From positions 801,793-865,792 of the forward strand of contig CBDCVR010000014.1 of assembly GCA_965223155.1 (NCBI GenBank): DNA of 64,000 bases, read 5' to 3'. The position numbers and the translations under genes are program-made. This document shows positions 51,390-60,152 of the stretch, in pieces (position 1 is the first letter of the stretch; every line of letters begins with the position of its first letter). The notes beneath the pieces are model-generated. The model searched no databases. It was given only the letters and a program-made list of their open reading frames with translations, and was not told the origin of the DNA. This DNA comes from Candidatus Multivoradales bacterium. Its GTDB lineage: Bacteria > Acidobacteriota > Thermoanaerobaculia > Multivoradales > JAHEKO01.

Positions 51390-53000
51390 ATGGTTCGCGC
51401 CATGCGCGCAGCGCCCAGCTCTCGAGCCGGCCGGAAGTACTCCCGCTACGCGCTGGCGGTCCTGGTCCTCGTTTACGTGGTCAACTTCATCGACCGGCAG
51501 ATCCTGTCGATCCTGGCCGAGGACATCAAAGCGGATCTGGGGCTCTCCGACGCCAGCCTGGGATTCCTCTACGGCACGGCGTTCGCCGTCTTCTACGCCA
51601 TCTTCGGCATCCCTCTGGGCCGTCTCGCCGATCGATGGAACCGTAAGAACCTGATCGCGCTCGGACTCTTCGTCTGGAGCCTCTTGACCGCGCTGTCGGG
51701 CACCGCCCGTGGCCTGGCGAGCCTGGCGAGCTATCGCATCGGCGTCGGCATCGGCGAATCGAGCGCCAGCCCGGCGGCGTTCTCGCTCTTGGGCGACTAC
51801 TTCCCGCCCCGCCGGCGAGCCACCGCGGTCGCCATCTACTCGAGCGGCGTCTTTCTGGGCTCGGGCATCGGAATGTTCCTGGGCGGCTGGATCGTGGACG
51901 CTTGGAACGGGCGCTTTCCCGCCGGCGGCCCGCTGGGCCTGGTGGGCTGGCAGGCGGCCTTCATCGCGGTGGGCGCCCCGGGCCTCGTGCTGGCGCTCTG
52001 GGTCTGGACCCTGCGCGAGCCCGAGCGCGGCGTCTTCGACGGCGGCGCGGCGACGGCCCAGCCGGCCGGCGCCACCGAAGCCCGGCCGCTACGGCTGCTG
52101 CTCTCCGAGGTCGCCGCCGTCTTGCCGCCCCTCACCGTCGTGTCGCTGACACGCGCCGGAGCCGGACGCAGACGCCTCGCCGCCAACCTGGGCCTGGCCG
52201 CTGCCTGCGCTCTCGGTGCCTGCGCCCTTACCGCCTGGACCGGGGACGCGACCCAGTGGATCGCGCTGGGCGTCGGTTGCTATGCCTTCGGTTCCTGGCT
52301 CCAGGGTTTGGCGCTTCGCGACCGGCCGGCCTACGAGCTCATCTTCCGCAGCCCGACCATGGTCTTCGCCATGCTCGGCTTCGGCTTCATGTCGTTCGTC
52401 GGCTACGGCATCAGCTTCTGGTTCGCGCCGCTCTTCCTGCGTTCCTACGAGGTCACGACCGCCCAGGTCGGCCTGGTCCTGGGTCTGGTGACCGCGATCT
52501 CCGGCTGGCTGAGCGTTACTCTGGGCGGCTTCGCCTCAGACTGGCTCAAGGAACAAACGCCACGGGCGCGACCCTACGTCGGCATGGCAACAGCGGTGGC
52601 CGCGACCGGGGCCGCGGTGGCATTCCTGCGCGCGTCTTCGATCGACACGGCCTACGCCCTGGTCTTCGTCTTCCAGTTCGCGACGCCCTTCTGGATCGGA
52701 TCGGCGGTAGCGCTTGCCAACGAGATCGTCCTGCCCCGCATGCGGGCGACCGCCTCGGCCTTCTACCTGCTGTCGGTCACCTTCATCGGCCTTGCCCTCG
52801 GCCCCTACACCATCGGCAAGCTGAGCGACGCCTTCACCGCCGGCGGCCTGAGTGACGGCGCGGCCTTGCGCCGGGCTCTGGCCTGGGCGGTCGCCGCCTA
52901 CGGCGTGGCCTTCGTCTGCTTCCTGCTGGCGAGCCGTACGGTCGAGCGCGACGAAACCGGCCGCATCGAGCGGGCGCGGGCGGCCGGCGAACCCATCTGA
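51390..53000 (+). CDS. MFS transporter (Spinster-like subfamily)
   Basis: MFS signature loops (GIPLGRLADRWNRK; 12+ TM helices). Real ATG about 51390; the track ORF starts at 51207. Confidence 0.8.
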   Translation: MVRAMRAAPSSRAGRKYSRYALAVLVLVYVVNFIDRQILSILAEDIKADLGLSDASLGFLYGTAFAVFYAIFGIPLGRLADRWNRKNLIALGLFVWSLLTALSGTARGLASLASYRIGVGIGESSASPAAFSLLGDYFPPRRRATAVAIYSSGVFLGSGIGMFLGGWIVDAWNGRFPAGGPLGLVGWQAAFIAVGAPGLVLALWVWTLREPERGVFDGGAATAQPAGATEARPLRLLLSEVAAVLPPLTVVSLTRAGAGRRRLAANLGLAAACALGACALTAWTGDATQWIALGVGCYAFGSWLQGLALRDRPAYELIFRSPTMVFAMLGFGFMSFVGYGISFWFAPLFLRSYEVTTAQVGLVLGLVTAISGWLSVTLGGFASDWLKEQTPRARPYVGMATAVAATGAAVAFLRASSIDTAYALVFVFQFATPFWIGSAVALANEIVLPRMRATASAFYLLSVTFIGLALGPYTIGKLSDAFTAGGLSDGAALRRALAWAVAAYGVAFVCFLLASRTVERDETGRIERARAAGEPI

Positions 53001-53042
53001 CGGTACCCGCGGGAACCTCCCGAGGGGCCCGCAGGGAGGCAC

Positions 53043-53073
53043 TTGACATACTGTACTAGTACAGCGATACACT
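53043..53073 (+). promoter_or_regulatory. Promoter with embedded perfect 14-bp palindrome CTGTACTAGTACAG (candidate YtrA/GntR autoregulatory operator)
   Basis: TTGACA (53043-48), then a 17-nt spacer containing the palindrome at 53051-64, then GATACA/TACACT -10 candidates. The GntR gene start lies a few nt downstream, suggesting a leaderless transcript. Confidence 0.4.
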
Positions 53074-53080
53074 TTTGCTC

Positions 53081-53527
53081 GTGACAGGAGCTCAACATTC
53101 GAAAAGTCCAACGCTCGGAGGGCTCGTCATCGACACCGCCGACGCCCGTCCGATCTGGCGCCAGTTCGAGGAAGGCATCGCGCGACTCATCCTCTTCGGC
53201 CACCTGCAGCCGGGATCGCCGCTGCCCTCGGTCCGGGATCTCGCTCGCAGACACCTGGTCAACCCGGCGACGATCGCCAAGGCGTATCAGAGTCTGGGCC
53301 GCACGGGCTTGGTCGAGGTCCGGCTGGGCGCTGGCACGTTCGTCGCCGCCGAGCCGCCCACGCTGGATCGTAAGCAGCGAGAGGCGTTCCTCGGAGATCG
53401 AATCACGGAGCTGGTCGAGCTGGCGCTCGCCCTCGGCTTCGAGTCGTCTGAGTTGGCCGCCTTGCTCGAGGCTCGCTGGAACGAGCTCGCCGAGCCAACG
53501 ACACCCAAGGAGGACCGTCCTTCATGA
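53081..53527 (+). CDS. GntR-family transcriptional regulator, YtrA subfamily
   Basis: Winged HTH (PSVRDLARRHLVNPATIAKAYQSLGRTGLVEV) plus a short C-terminal helical region. GTG at 53081 chosen; the track's TTG at 53075 abuts the -10. Confidence 0.7.
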   Translation: MTGAQHSKSPTLGGLVIDTADARPIWRQFEEGIARLILFGHLQPGSPLPSVRDLARRHLVNPATIAKAYQSLGRTGLVEVRLGAGTFVAAEPPTLDRKQREAFLGDRITELVELALALGFESSELAALLEARWNELAEPTTPKEDRPS

Positions 53528-54435
53528 CTCAGCCCCAGATTTCCCTTCAGGACGTGGCGGTCGGCTACGGCGGCGAGCCGGTCCTCCAAGGCGTTGGCTT
53601 CGAGGTCGCCCAGGGCGAGGTCTACGCACTCCTCGGCCGCAACGGCACCGGCAAGTCGACGCTGCTCAAGAGTCTCGTCGGCCAGCGCCCGGTGGTGGCC
53701 GGAGCGATCCGGATCGCCGGCCTGGATCCCTGGACGGATCGGAAGCGCCTCATGGCCGGCCTCGGCTACGCGCCCGAGTTCCCGGACGCTCCACGCGACG
53801 CGACCGTGAGCCAGCTCCTGGACTTCTGCGCACCGCTCTACCCGAGCTGGGATCGGCCGGGGGCGATCGCGCGGTGCACCCGTCACTCGATCCCGACGAA
53901 CCGCCCCTTCTCCCAACTCTCGCGTGGTCAGCGGTCGATGGCGTCGATCGCTCTCGCCCTGGCCTCCGAGCCGAGCGTGCTGGTGCTGGACGACCCGACG
54001 CTGGGGCTCGACTCGACCGCGCGCCGGGCACTCTATGAGGAGCTGATCGGGCACCAGGCCGACGTGCAACCCACGGTCCTCATCGCCAGCCACGACCTGC
54101 GAGGCATCGAGACCATCGCCGATCGCGTAGGAATCCTGGACGCGGGCCGCCTGGTCGTGGACGAGCCGATCGAGGCGCTGCGCGCCCGCTTGCGCCGGGT
54201 CTCGCTGCCAGACGAGGCTTCGTATTCGCTTTCGCAGCCGGCCGCCTTCGCCAAGTCCGAAACGTCGACGGAAATCCCGGCCGGAGCGGCCGAGGTCGTC
54301 GTTTCGACCGAAGAGGCCGAGCGTCTGGGCAGGGTTCCGGGAGCTGCGGTTTCGGCCTTGTCTCTGGAAGACCTAATGGACACTCTGGTGGGCCCCGCAT
54401 CCAAAGCCGGCACCGCCGACAGGGAGGCATCATGA
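53524..54435 (+). CDS. ABC transporter ATP-binding protein (YtrB-like)
   Basis: Walker A GRNGTGKST, LSRGQRSM signature, Walker B VLVLDDPT. 4-nt overlap with the GntR gene. Confidence 0.85.
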   Translation: MTQPQISLQDVAVGYGGEPVLQGVGFEVAQGEVYALLGRNGTGKSTLLKSLVGQRPVVAGAIRIAGLDPWTDRKRLMAGLGYAPEFPDAPRDATVSQLLDFCAPLYPSWDRPGAIARCTRHSIPTNRPFSQLSRGQRSMASIALALASEPSVLVLDDPTLGLDSTARRALYEELIGHQADVQPTVLIASHDLRGIETIADRVGILDAGRLVVDEPIEALRARLRRVSLPDEASYSLSQPAAFAKSETSTEIPAGAAEVVVSTEEAERLGRVPGAAVSALSLEDLMDTLVGPASKAGTADREAS

Positions 54436-56360
54436 AATCGTTCTGGGCCTTGGTTCTCTTCGACCTTCGGCGCAACTGGTTGGTCCTTGCGGTTGGCCTT
54501 CTGGTGGCAGCGTTCGCCGCCGCCCTGCCCCTCATGCCAGGGGTCCATGATGCCGACGACGACGTCCGGCTCGCCGCCGGCATCGCGGCGGGTCTGGCGC
54601 TGGCGCTGGGCGCGGCCGCGGTCCTGGCCGTCTCCGGCACCGCCAGCGAGCTGGAACGCGGCACGCACGCCTTCTTCTGGTCGCTCCCCGTCGACGCGCC
54701 CGGGATCTGGCTGGGCCGCCTGGCGGCGCGGGTGCTCCTGGCGCTGGGTGCCGGGCTTCTTGCGGCCCTCCCCGCGCTTGGCAGCCGGGCGCTGCTGCAA
54801 CAAGGCTTGTCACCGCTGTCCGGGTTTTCCCTCTCGCCGTCCGAACCGAGCTCTTGGATGTTCGCGATCCTGGTTCTCGTCGCCGTCTACGGCATCGTCC
54901 ACTTCCTCACGGTGGCGTTCCATGCCCGGGGCAAATGGCTCCTGATCGACGCCTTCTGGATCACCGCGGTGCTGACCCTCGGTGCGTGGTCGTTCGCGAC
55001 CCTGGCCGAGGCCGGAGCCTGGCGGGCGTGGCCGGTTCTCGCCGGCAGCCGGATCGGCGCCCTCGCGGTCGCCGTCCTGGTCGCAGGGCTGGCGCAGGCG
55101 GAGTTCGGACGGAGCGACCTGGCACGCAGCCATCGCTGGATGTCGGCGGTTCTGGGCGCTTTCCTGCTCGTCCTGGCCCTGGGACTCGCGGCCGAGGCCC
55201 GCCGCGTAGCCCAGCCGGAGCCGGGGGATCTCGCTGGGATCCAAAGCGTTCGCTCCCTCCCGAACGGCTGGCTCTTCGTCGCCGGCTCGGTCGACCCCGA
55301 TCCCTTCTATTTCCGGAGTTTCCTCTGGCATCCCGACTCTGGCCGAGCCCATCGTTTCGGCCGGCTGCGCCGGGGCCCGTTTCGGTCACGAGACGGACGA
55401 ACCGTGGTCTGGCTCACCGCCGAACCCTCGGGACCGTCGAGTCACCGGCTCTGGAAAGCCGACATGGCCGGCGCCGCGTTGCATCCGCAGCCCACCGGGA
55501 TCGACTTCCCGTCGCTGCCGAGCCGAGTGGCCGTGTCTCCCGACGGAACACTTCTGGCAACCGTCCACTCGCGAACCATCGAGGTCCGGAACCTCGATTC
55601 CGGCCGCCGGCTGCACGAGCTCGAGACTGACGGCTACCCGGACGGAATCGCCTTCCGGGCCGACGGCCACGTTGCCATCATCGCCCGCACGAACCTGGAC
55701 CGCGGCCGCCGGCGCCACGCTCTCCTGGACTGGAACCTGGGCAACGGGTCCGTCACCTCGCTGGCCGAAACCACCGGGACCGGTTCGTCGAGCGACCATC
55801 ACCCGGACCGGCGCCGCTGGCTCGCCGGCCAGGCTCTGATCGACGGGCTCTCGGGACGAGTGCTGGCCGACCTCAGCTCTGAAGTTGACGACCCCAAGAG
55901 GACCGCGTTCCGCTTTCTCTTCGACGGAACCATCATCGGCTACGAGCCCTATCCGGAGGGCGAGAGCGCCTTGTACGTTTTCGAGGAAGCAGGCACTCTC
56001 CGCCAACGACTCCCCGTCGGGCCGGCCGTTTCGATCCACGTCGGCGGTCAGCCGAGTGCCGGCCAGCTCCTGCTCGCCGTCAGCCACGACACCTTCGAGT
56101 CGCAAGGTCGGGCAACCCGCGGCCCGAACGGCCGCCACTGGCAGACCTACCGAATCGATCTCGACCGCGGCACCCGGACGTTGGTCGGGCCGGTCCTTCC
56201 GGCTGCGCGTCCGGGCAGCGAGCCGGCCAGCGCCGACGCCAGGCTCTTCGTCGCCAACGACGGCCGCCTGGTAGAGCACTCCAAGGACGGGACTTGGCGA
56301 ACCCTGACCCGCGGCCGCCCGGCCCGGGAGCCGTCGGTCCTGCCCGCCGCCGGGTCCTAG
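54432..56360 (+). CDS. Membrane protein: N-terminal ABC-2-type permease-like polytopic domain fused to a C-terminal beta-propeller-like (PD40/WD40/TolB-like) domain
   Basis: About 6 hydrophobic segments in the first ~260 aa. The C-terminal ~380 aa has repeated ...SPDGTLLATV...; IAFRADGHVAI...; LFVANDGRLV... blade-like motifs. 4-nt overlap with the ATPase gene. Confidence 0.55.
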   Translation: MKSFWALVLFDLRRNWLVLAVGLLVAAFAAALPLMPGVHDADDDVRLAAGIAAGLALALGAAAVLAVSGTASELERGTHAFFWSLPVDAPGIWLGRLAARVLLALGAGLLAALPALGSRALLQQGLSPLSGFSLSPSEPSSWMFAILVLVAVYGIVHFLTVAFHARGKWLLIDAFWITAVLTLGAWSFATLAEAGAWRAWPVLAGSRIGALAVAVLVAGLAQAEFGRSDLARSHRWMSAVLGAFLLVLALGLAAEARRVAQPEPGDLAGIQSVRSLPNGWLFVAGSVDPDPFYFRSFLWHPDSGRAHRFGRLRRGPFRSRDGRTVVWLTAEPSGPSSHRLWKADMAGAALHPQPTGIDFPSLPSRVAVSPDGTLLATVHSRTIEVRNLDSGRRLHELETDGYPDGIAFRADGHVAIIARTNLDRGRRRHALLDWNLGNGSVTSLAETTGTGSSSDHHPDRRRWLAGQALIDGLSGRVLADLSSEVDDPKRTAFRFLFDGTIIGYEPYPEGESALYVFEEAGTLRQRLPVGPAVSIHVGGQPSAGQLLLAVSHDTFESQGRATRGPNGRHWQTYRIDLDRGTRTLVGPVLPAARPGSEPASADARLFVANDGRLVEHSKDGTWRTLTRGRPAREPSVLPAAGS

Positions 56361-56375
56361 CCCGGCCTTCTCAGG

Positions 56376-58016
56376 CTAGTAGCCTTCGGCCCAGCCGTTC
56401 AAGACTTCGCTGGTGAATCCCTGGAGGCGGGGTTTCTTGTCCCCGACCGTCACCGCCGCCCAGAAGCCGGTGCCAGCGAAGTCGAGCGGCGACATCTCGA
56501 GGATGGGAATGCCCCGGTCGCGCATGGTTTGGAGCAGGTCGCCGTCGAACTGATTCTGGGTGACCCGCGTCGGCCAGCGCGAGACCGGATCGTCCGAGCG
56601 CAGCGGCGAGCGAAAGATCGGACTCTCGATCGCCTGCTTCGGGTTCTTGCCGAAGTCGAGCACATTGACCAGGCTCTGGATCGTGGCTTCGAAGAGGCCG
56701 TTGCCGATGGCGCTCGAGGCCAGGACCGGCTGCCGCTTGCGAGTCACGATCACCGGCAGGGTGCCGCTCCAGATGCGCTTGCCCGGTCCGGCGGTCAGAA
56801 TCCGCCGCTGCTGGCGCTTGGCCGCATCGGGAATCGAGACGCCATCCACGAAGATCCCGGTCTCGCCCCAGGCCAGAGTGTTGATGCTGTGAAGCACCGC
56901 CGCGACGTTGCCTTCCTCGTCAACCGTCACCACGGCGTCCGAGTGCCCGAGAGGAGGCAGGGAGTTGTAGATCGCCCGCGTGTTCGCCATCAGCTCGTAG
57001 AGGCTGTCGGCGGACTCGGTGTAGTGGCCGGCAGCACCGAAATCGTGGGCCTTCAAGGCGCGCAGCGCCCGAGCGGTAATCGCCCCGCCCGAGCCGGGCT
57101 TCGACGGCGCCCAGACCACGACGTCGCGGTAGCGGGCCCGTTTGGCCCGCTTCAGGATCGGCTTGTAGGCGGCGAGATCCGCCATCGTCATCTTGCCGCC
57201 CTCGGCCGCGAGCGCCGCGACCAATTGCTCGCCCCACGCGCCCTCGTACATGTACCCCGCGCCCTCGCTGGCCACGTTCCGCAGGGTCTCGGCCAGCGCC
57301 GGCTGCTTGAAGAGGTCGCCCGCTTGGTACAGGTTGCCGTCCGGCTTGAAGAAGATCGAGCGGCCCTCGGCGGTGCGGCTCAGCACACCGCGCCGGAACT
57401 CCAGGGTCGACGCCAGACCGACGTCGAGCACGAATCCCTCCTCGGCGAAATAGATGGCCGGCGCGAAGAGCTCCTCCCAGGGCAGGCGGCCGAAGCGGTC
57501 GTGCGCCCGTTCCACCCCGGCCATGAAGCCGGGCACCATCGCGGTGCGGCCGCTGGGAGCGTCGAACGGGATCGAAAGTGGATCGTCTTCGCCGAGGACG
57601 GTCGTGAACTCGCCGTTGAGATACGTGACCTTCCGGGTGTCGGCCTCGTAGTGGATCATGGTGAAGATGCCGGCGAAGCTGACCCAGCTACCGGCCGCCA
57701 GGGTCACTTGGGCAAGCGAAGTGGCGATCGCCGCGTCCACCGCCGAGCCGCCCTGCTTCAGGGCTTCGAGCCCGGCCCGGACGGCCAGCGGCCCGGTGGT
57801 GCCCACCACCATGCCTCGCCGTCCCTTGCCGAGCTTCTTGGGCCCGCCGTCCTCTTGCAGCTTCGAGTACCGGGCGAGCTCGCTCTTCGGCCAGCTCGCC
57901 GGGGAAAGATCCGCCTGGCTCAGCAGAGGGCTAGCGGGCACGGCCAGCAGCAAGAACGCCACGAACCCGGCCACGAGGCCGCGGGTCTTGAGAACAAAGA
58001 GAGCCGAAGAACCCAT
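56376..58016 (-). CDS. ggt: Gamma-glutamyltranspeptidase (GGT family, Ntn-hydrolase)
   Basis: Signal peptide, GGSAVDAAIA motif, and a T-containing autoprocessing region typical of GGT. Confidence 0.85.
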   Translation of the reverse strand: MGSSALFVLKTRGLVAGFVAFLLLAVPASPLLSQADLSPASWPKSELARYSKLQEDGGPKKLGKGRRGMVVGTTGPLAVRAGLEALKQGGSAVDAAIATSLAQVTLAAGSWVSFAGIFTMIHYEADTRKVTYLNGEFTTVLGEDDPLSIPFDAPSGRTAMVPGFMAGVERAHDRFGRLPWEELFAPAIYFAEEGFVLDVGLASTLEFRRGVLSRTAEGRSIFFKPDGNLYQAGDLFKQPALAETLRNVASEGAGYMYEGAWGEQLVAALAAEGGKMTMADLAAYKPILKRAKRARYRDVVVWAPSKPGSGGAITARALRALKAHDFGAAGHYTESADSLYELMANTRAIYNSLPPLGHSDAVVTVDEEGNVAAVLHSINTLAWGETGIFVDGVSIPDAAKRQQRRILTAGPGKRIWSGTLPVIVTRKRQPVLASSAIGNGLFEATIQSLVNVLDFGKNPKQAIESPIFRSPLRSDDPVSRWPTRVTQNQFDGDLLQTMRDRGIPILEMSPLDFAGTGFWAAVTVGDKKPRLQGFTSEVLNGWAEGY

Positions 58017-58160
58017 GACCCTCCGATTCTACGACGGTCGCCGACCGGCTTCCGGTTGCGAAGGCGACAGCCGACGCGGACCGCGGTCCGACCAGCCAGC
58101 GACGAGATCCCCGCTTGCAACCGCCGCCTTGGAAGAGTACCTTGGAGCGGCAGGCGCGTT

Positions 58161-60059
58161 GTGCTCCAAACGGTACGGAATCCACTCCTCGCGATACTGG
58201 GTACCTTGACCGTGGCGGTGAGCCCGGCCGAGTCCCAAGATCGCAGCCGGACCCCGGAGCCTCTTCCCTCGGCGACGGTGCGCCAGCCCGAAGCCATCCC
58301 CGAGCCTCAGCAAGCGACGCTGCTTCTGGTCTCGCTGGCTCAGCCCTCTCTGGAGGCCTACGACGACCGGCTCGGGTTCCACCAGCGCGGCCTCAGGCTG
58401 GACTGGAAGGACCCGATCCTGCGGCCGCGTTTCCGCTGGCAGCCGGGCGAGACCGGCGTTCGCTTGGTCGAATGGCAGCTCGCCACCGCGCCGTTTCCGG
58501 ACGACCCCACCGTGGCGCCGCCGGGCTTGCTGGCGAGCGGCGGCCGCTCGCTCCTGGCCGAGGGAGCTTCCGACGGGCAGTTCGAGATCGATCTCACGGC
58601 CTTCCGGCCCAAGAGCACGAGACAGCTCAGGTCCTACGACGCAGTGCCCTTCGACCCCGGCAAGGCTCGGCCCTACCTTTATGTGCGCGTGCGAGCAATA
58701 GAGGACAGCGGCGAGTTCGTGGGCCGTCCCAGCAACACCATCAAGCTCTTCTTCGGCAAGCCGGGCGCCCTCCAGAAACCCAAGCCCGATACCAACCCGC
58801 CGAGAGTCCGCCTGGTGCGGTATCAGTCCCCGAGGGCCTACAGGTTCGATTTTCAGTGCCATGGCCGGGCCACCCGCGACGTGGTGCTCAACGGGCAAGT
58901 CGTCATCGCCAAAGGCCAGAAGGGCAACCTCTGCCAGTCGAAGAGCAAGAGCTTCCTGGACCACATCGAGGACGCCCTCGGCAGCGTCGTGGATCTGGTG
59001 TCGAGCGCCGTCGACTGGGCCGCCGAGACCTACAACGGCCTCAAGGCCGAAGCGATGGGCGTGGCGGTCGGTGCGCTCAAGTCCAGTGGCATCGGCTGTG
59101 GCGGTGCCTGCCAAACCGTCGTCGGGATGGCCCTCGATGCGGGCTTGGCGGCCGCGGGCATGCCCCCAAGCCTGCCGGATTTCGACCAAGCCGTCGCCGG
59201 TCTGCAGCAGGGCGGCATCGACGCTCTCGGTCGCACGATGGCCGATGCCGCCATGTCCCAAGGAGTGCCCGAGCCGATTGCGCGCCAAGCCGGCCAGGAA
59301 GCCGCCGAGCGGCTGGTTGCCGAAGCCAAGAAGACCGTGGCCGCCACTCAGGGCGGGGGCGGTAGCAGCGTGTGGATGGTTGATCCCGCGGGGCTCTACA
59401 GCCCGGCGGTCCTGGTGGTCGAAGCGACGAACCTGGAGTCGGGCCGGCCCACCGAGCCCGCCTACCTCAAGTTGGATAGCGTCTTCTCCGGCCACGCGGG
59501 CCTCTTCGGGTTTACCGGCGCCAAGGTGCCGCCGCTCGCGCCCGGCACCTCGACCCTGGTGTCCTTCGAGCTCGAGCCGATCGACTGGGAGGCGGGTTGG
59601 ATGGACCTGCTGCCCAAGCATGGCGATTGCCCCTCCTCGGGGCTCAACCTCGGGTTGAGCTGCTTCGTGGAGATGCGAAACGCCGCTCGGGCGGAGCTTG
59701 ACCGGTGGACCGATCTCTACGTCCACCGGCAGCATCACTTCCGGTTGGCGACGATCGCCGAGGACACGACTTACGACGAGGCGACTTTGGTCTGCTCGGG
59801 CAGCCAACCCACGTGCGCGATCCGTTTCGACGCCCCCGCCTGGCGCGGCCACAGGATCGACGTCTGTGCCAGTTGGGGCAAGGACTGCGGACCGGCCGCC
59901 GCCCAGCTCTTCTGCCAGCGCATGGGCTACGACCGGGCGCTCCATTTCGAGCGCGCCGAGAACATCGGCGCCGAGACTCCGACCCGAACCCTGCTCGATG
60001 GCAAGACCTGCGCGGACGCCGGCTGCGACGGCTTCGCCAGCATCACCTGCGGTCGCTGA
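58161..60059 (+). CDS. Hypothetical secreted protein (~632 aa) with Ala/Gly-rich linker and cysteine-rich C-terminal domain; no recognised family
   Basis: It is the 3' part of the 1176-aa track ORF. GTG at 58161 begins a signal-peptide-like MLQTVRNPLLAILGTLTVAVSPAESQ with a GGAG 13 nt upstream. Balanced amino-acid composition and high GC3. 14 Cys, 10 of them in the last ~190 aa. Confidence 0.5.
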   Translation: MLQTVRNPLLAILGTLTVAVSPAESQDRSRTPEPLPSATVRQPEAIPEPQQATLLLVSLAQPSLEAYDDRLGFHQRGLRLDWKDPILRPRFRWQPGETGVRLVEWQLATAPFPDDPTVAPPGLLASGGRSLLAEGASDGQFEIDLTAFRPKSTRQLRSYDAVPFDPGKARPYLYVRVRAIEDSGEFVGRPSNTIKLFFGKPGALQKPKPDTNPPRVRLVRYQSPRAYRFDFQCHGRATRDVVLNGQVVIAKGQKGNLCQSKSKSFLDHIEDALGSVVDLVSSAVDWAAETYNGLKAEAMGVAVGALKSSGIGCGGACQTVVGMALDAGLAAAGMPPSLPDFDQAVAGLQQGGIDALGRTMADAAMSQGVPEPIARQAGQEAAERLVAEAKKTVAATQGGGGSSVWMVDPAGLYSPAVLVVEATNLESGRPTEPAYLKLDSVFSGHAGLFGFTGAKVPPLAPGTSTLVSFELEPIDWEAGWMDLLPKHGDCPSSGLNLGLSCFVEMRNAARAELDRWTDLYVHRQHHFRLATIAEDTTYDEATLVCSGSQPTCAIRFDAPAWRGHRIDVCASWGKDCGPAAAQLFCQRMGYDRALHFERAENIGAETPTRTLLDGKTCADAGCDGFASITCGR

Positions 60060-60152
60060 GCGGTCGCCGAGCGCCAGGCCTCCGCGTCTCTCGCCGCGGG
60101 CGGGGGCTTCCCGACCCGACGCTCGCCGGCCGGCGGCGACCGATCGCAAGGG

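Noticed and set aside
56529-58160. 5' two-thirds of the 1176-aa plus-strand ORF (56529..60059)
   Set aside because: It is entirely antisense to the well-supported ggt gene (56376-58016). Its translation is Arg/Ala/Gly/Pro-rich junk typical of stop-free antisense frames in high-GC DNA. Only the portion from 58161 is kept as a gene.
58029-60149. 706-aa minus-strand ORF covering the whole secreted-protein gene
   Set aside because: Composition is dominated by R/G/A/L/H with repeated GGLG-type low complexity. The plus-strand frame has balanced composition, a signal peptide, high GC3 and many Cys, so the plus strand is taken as coding.
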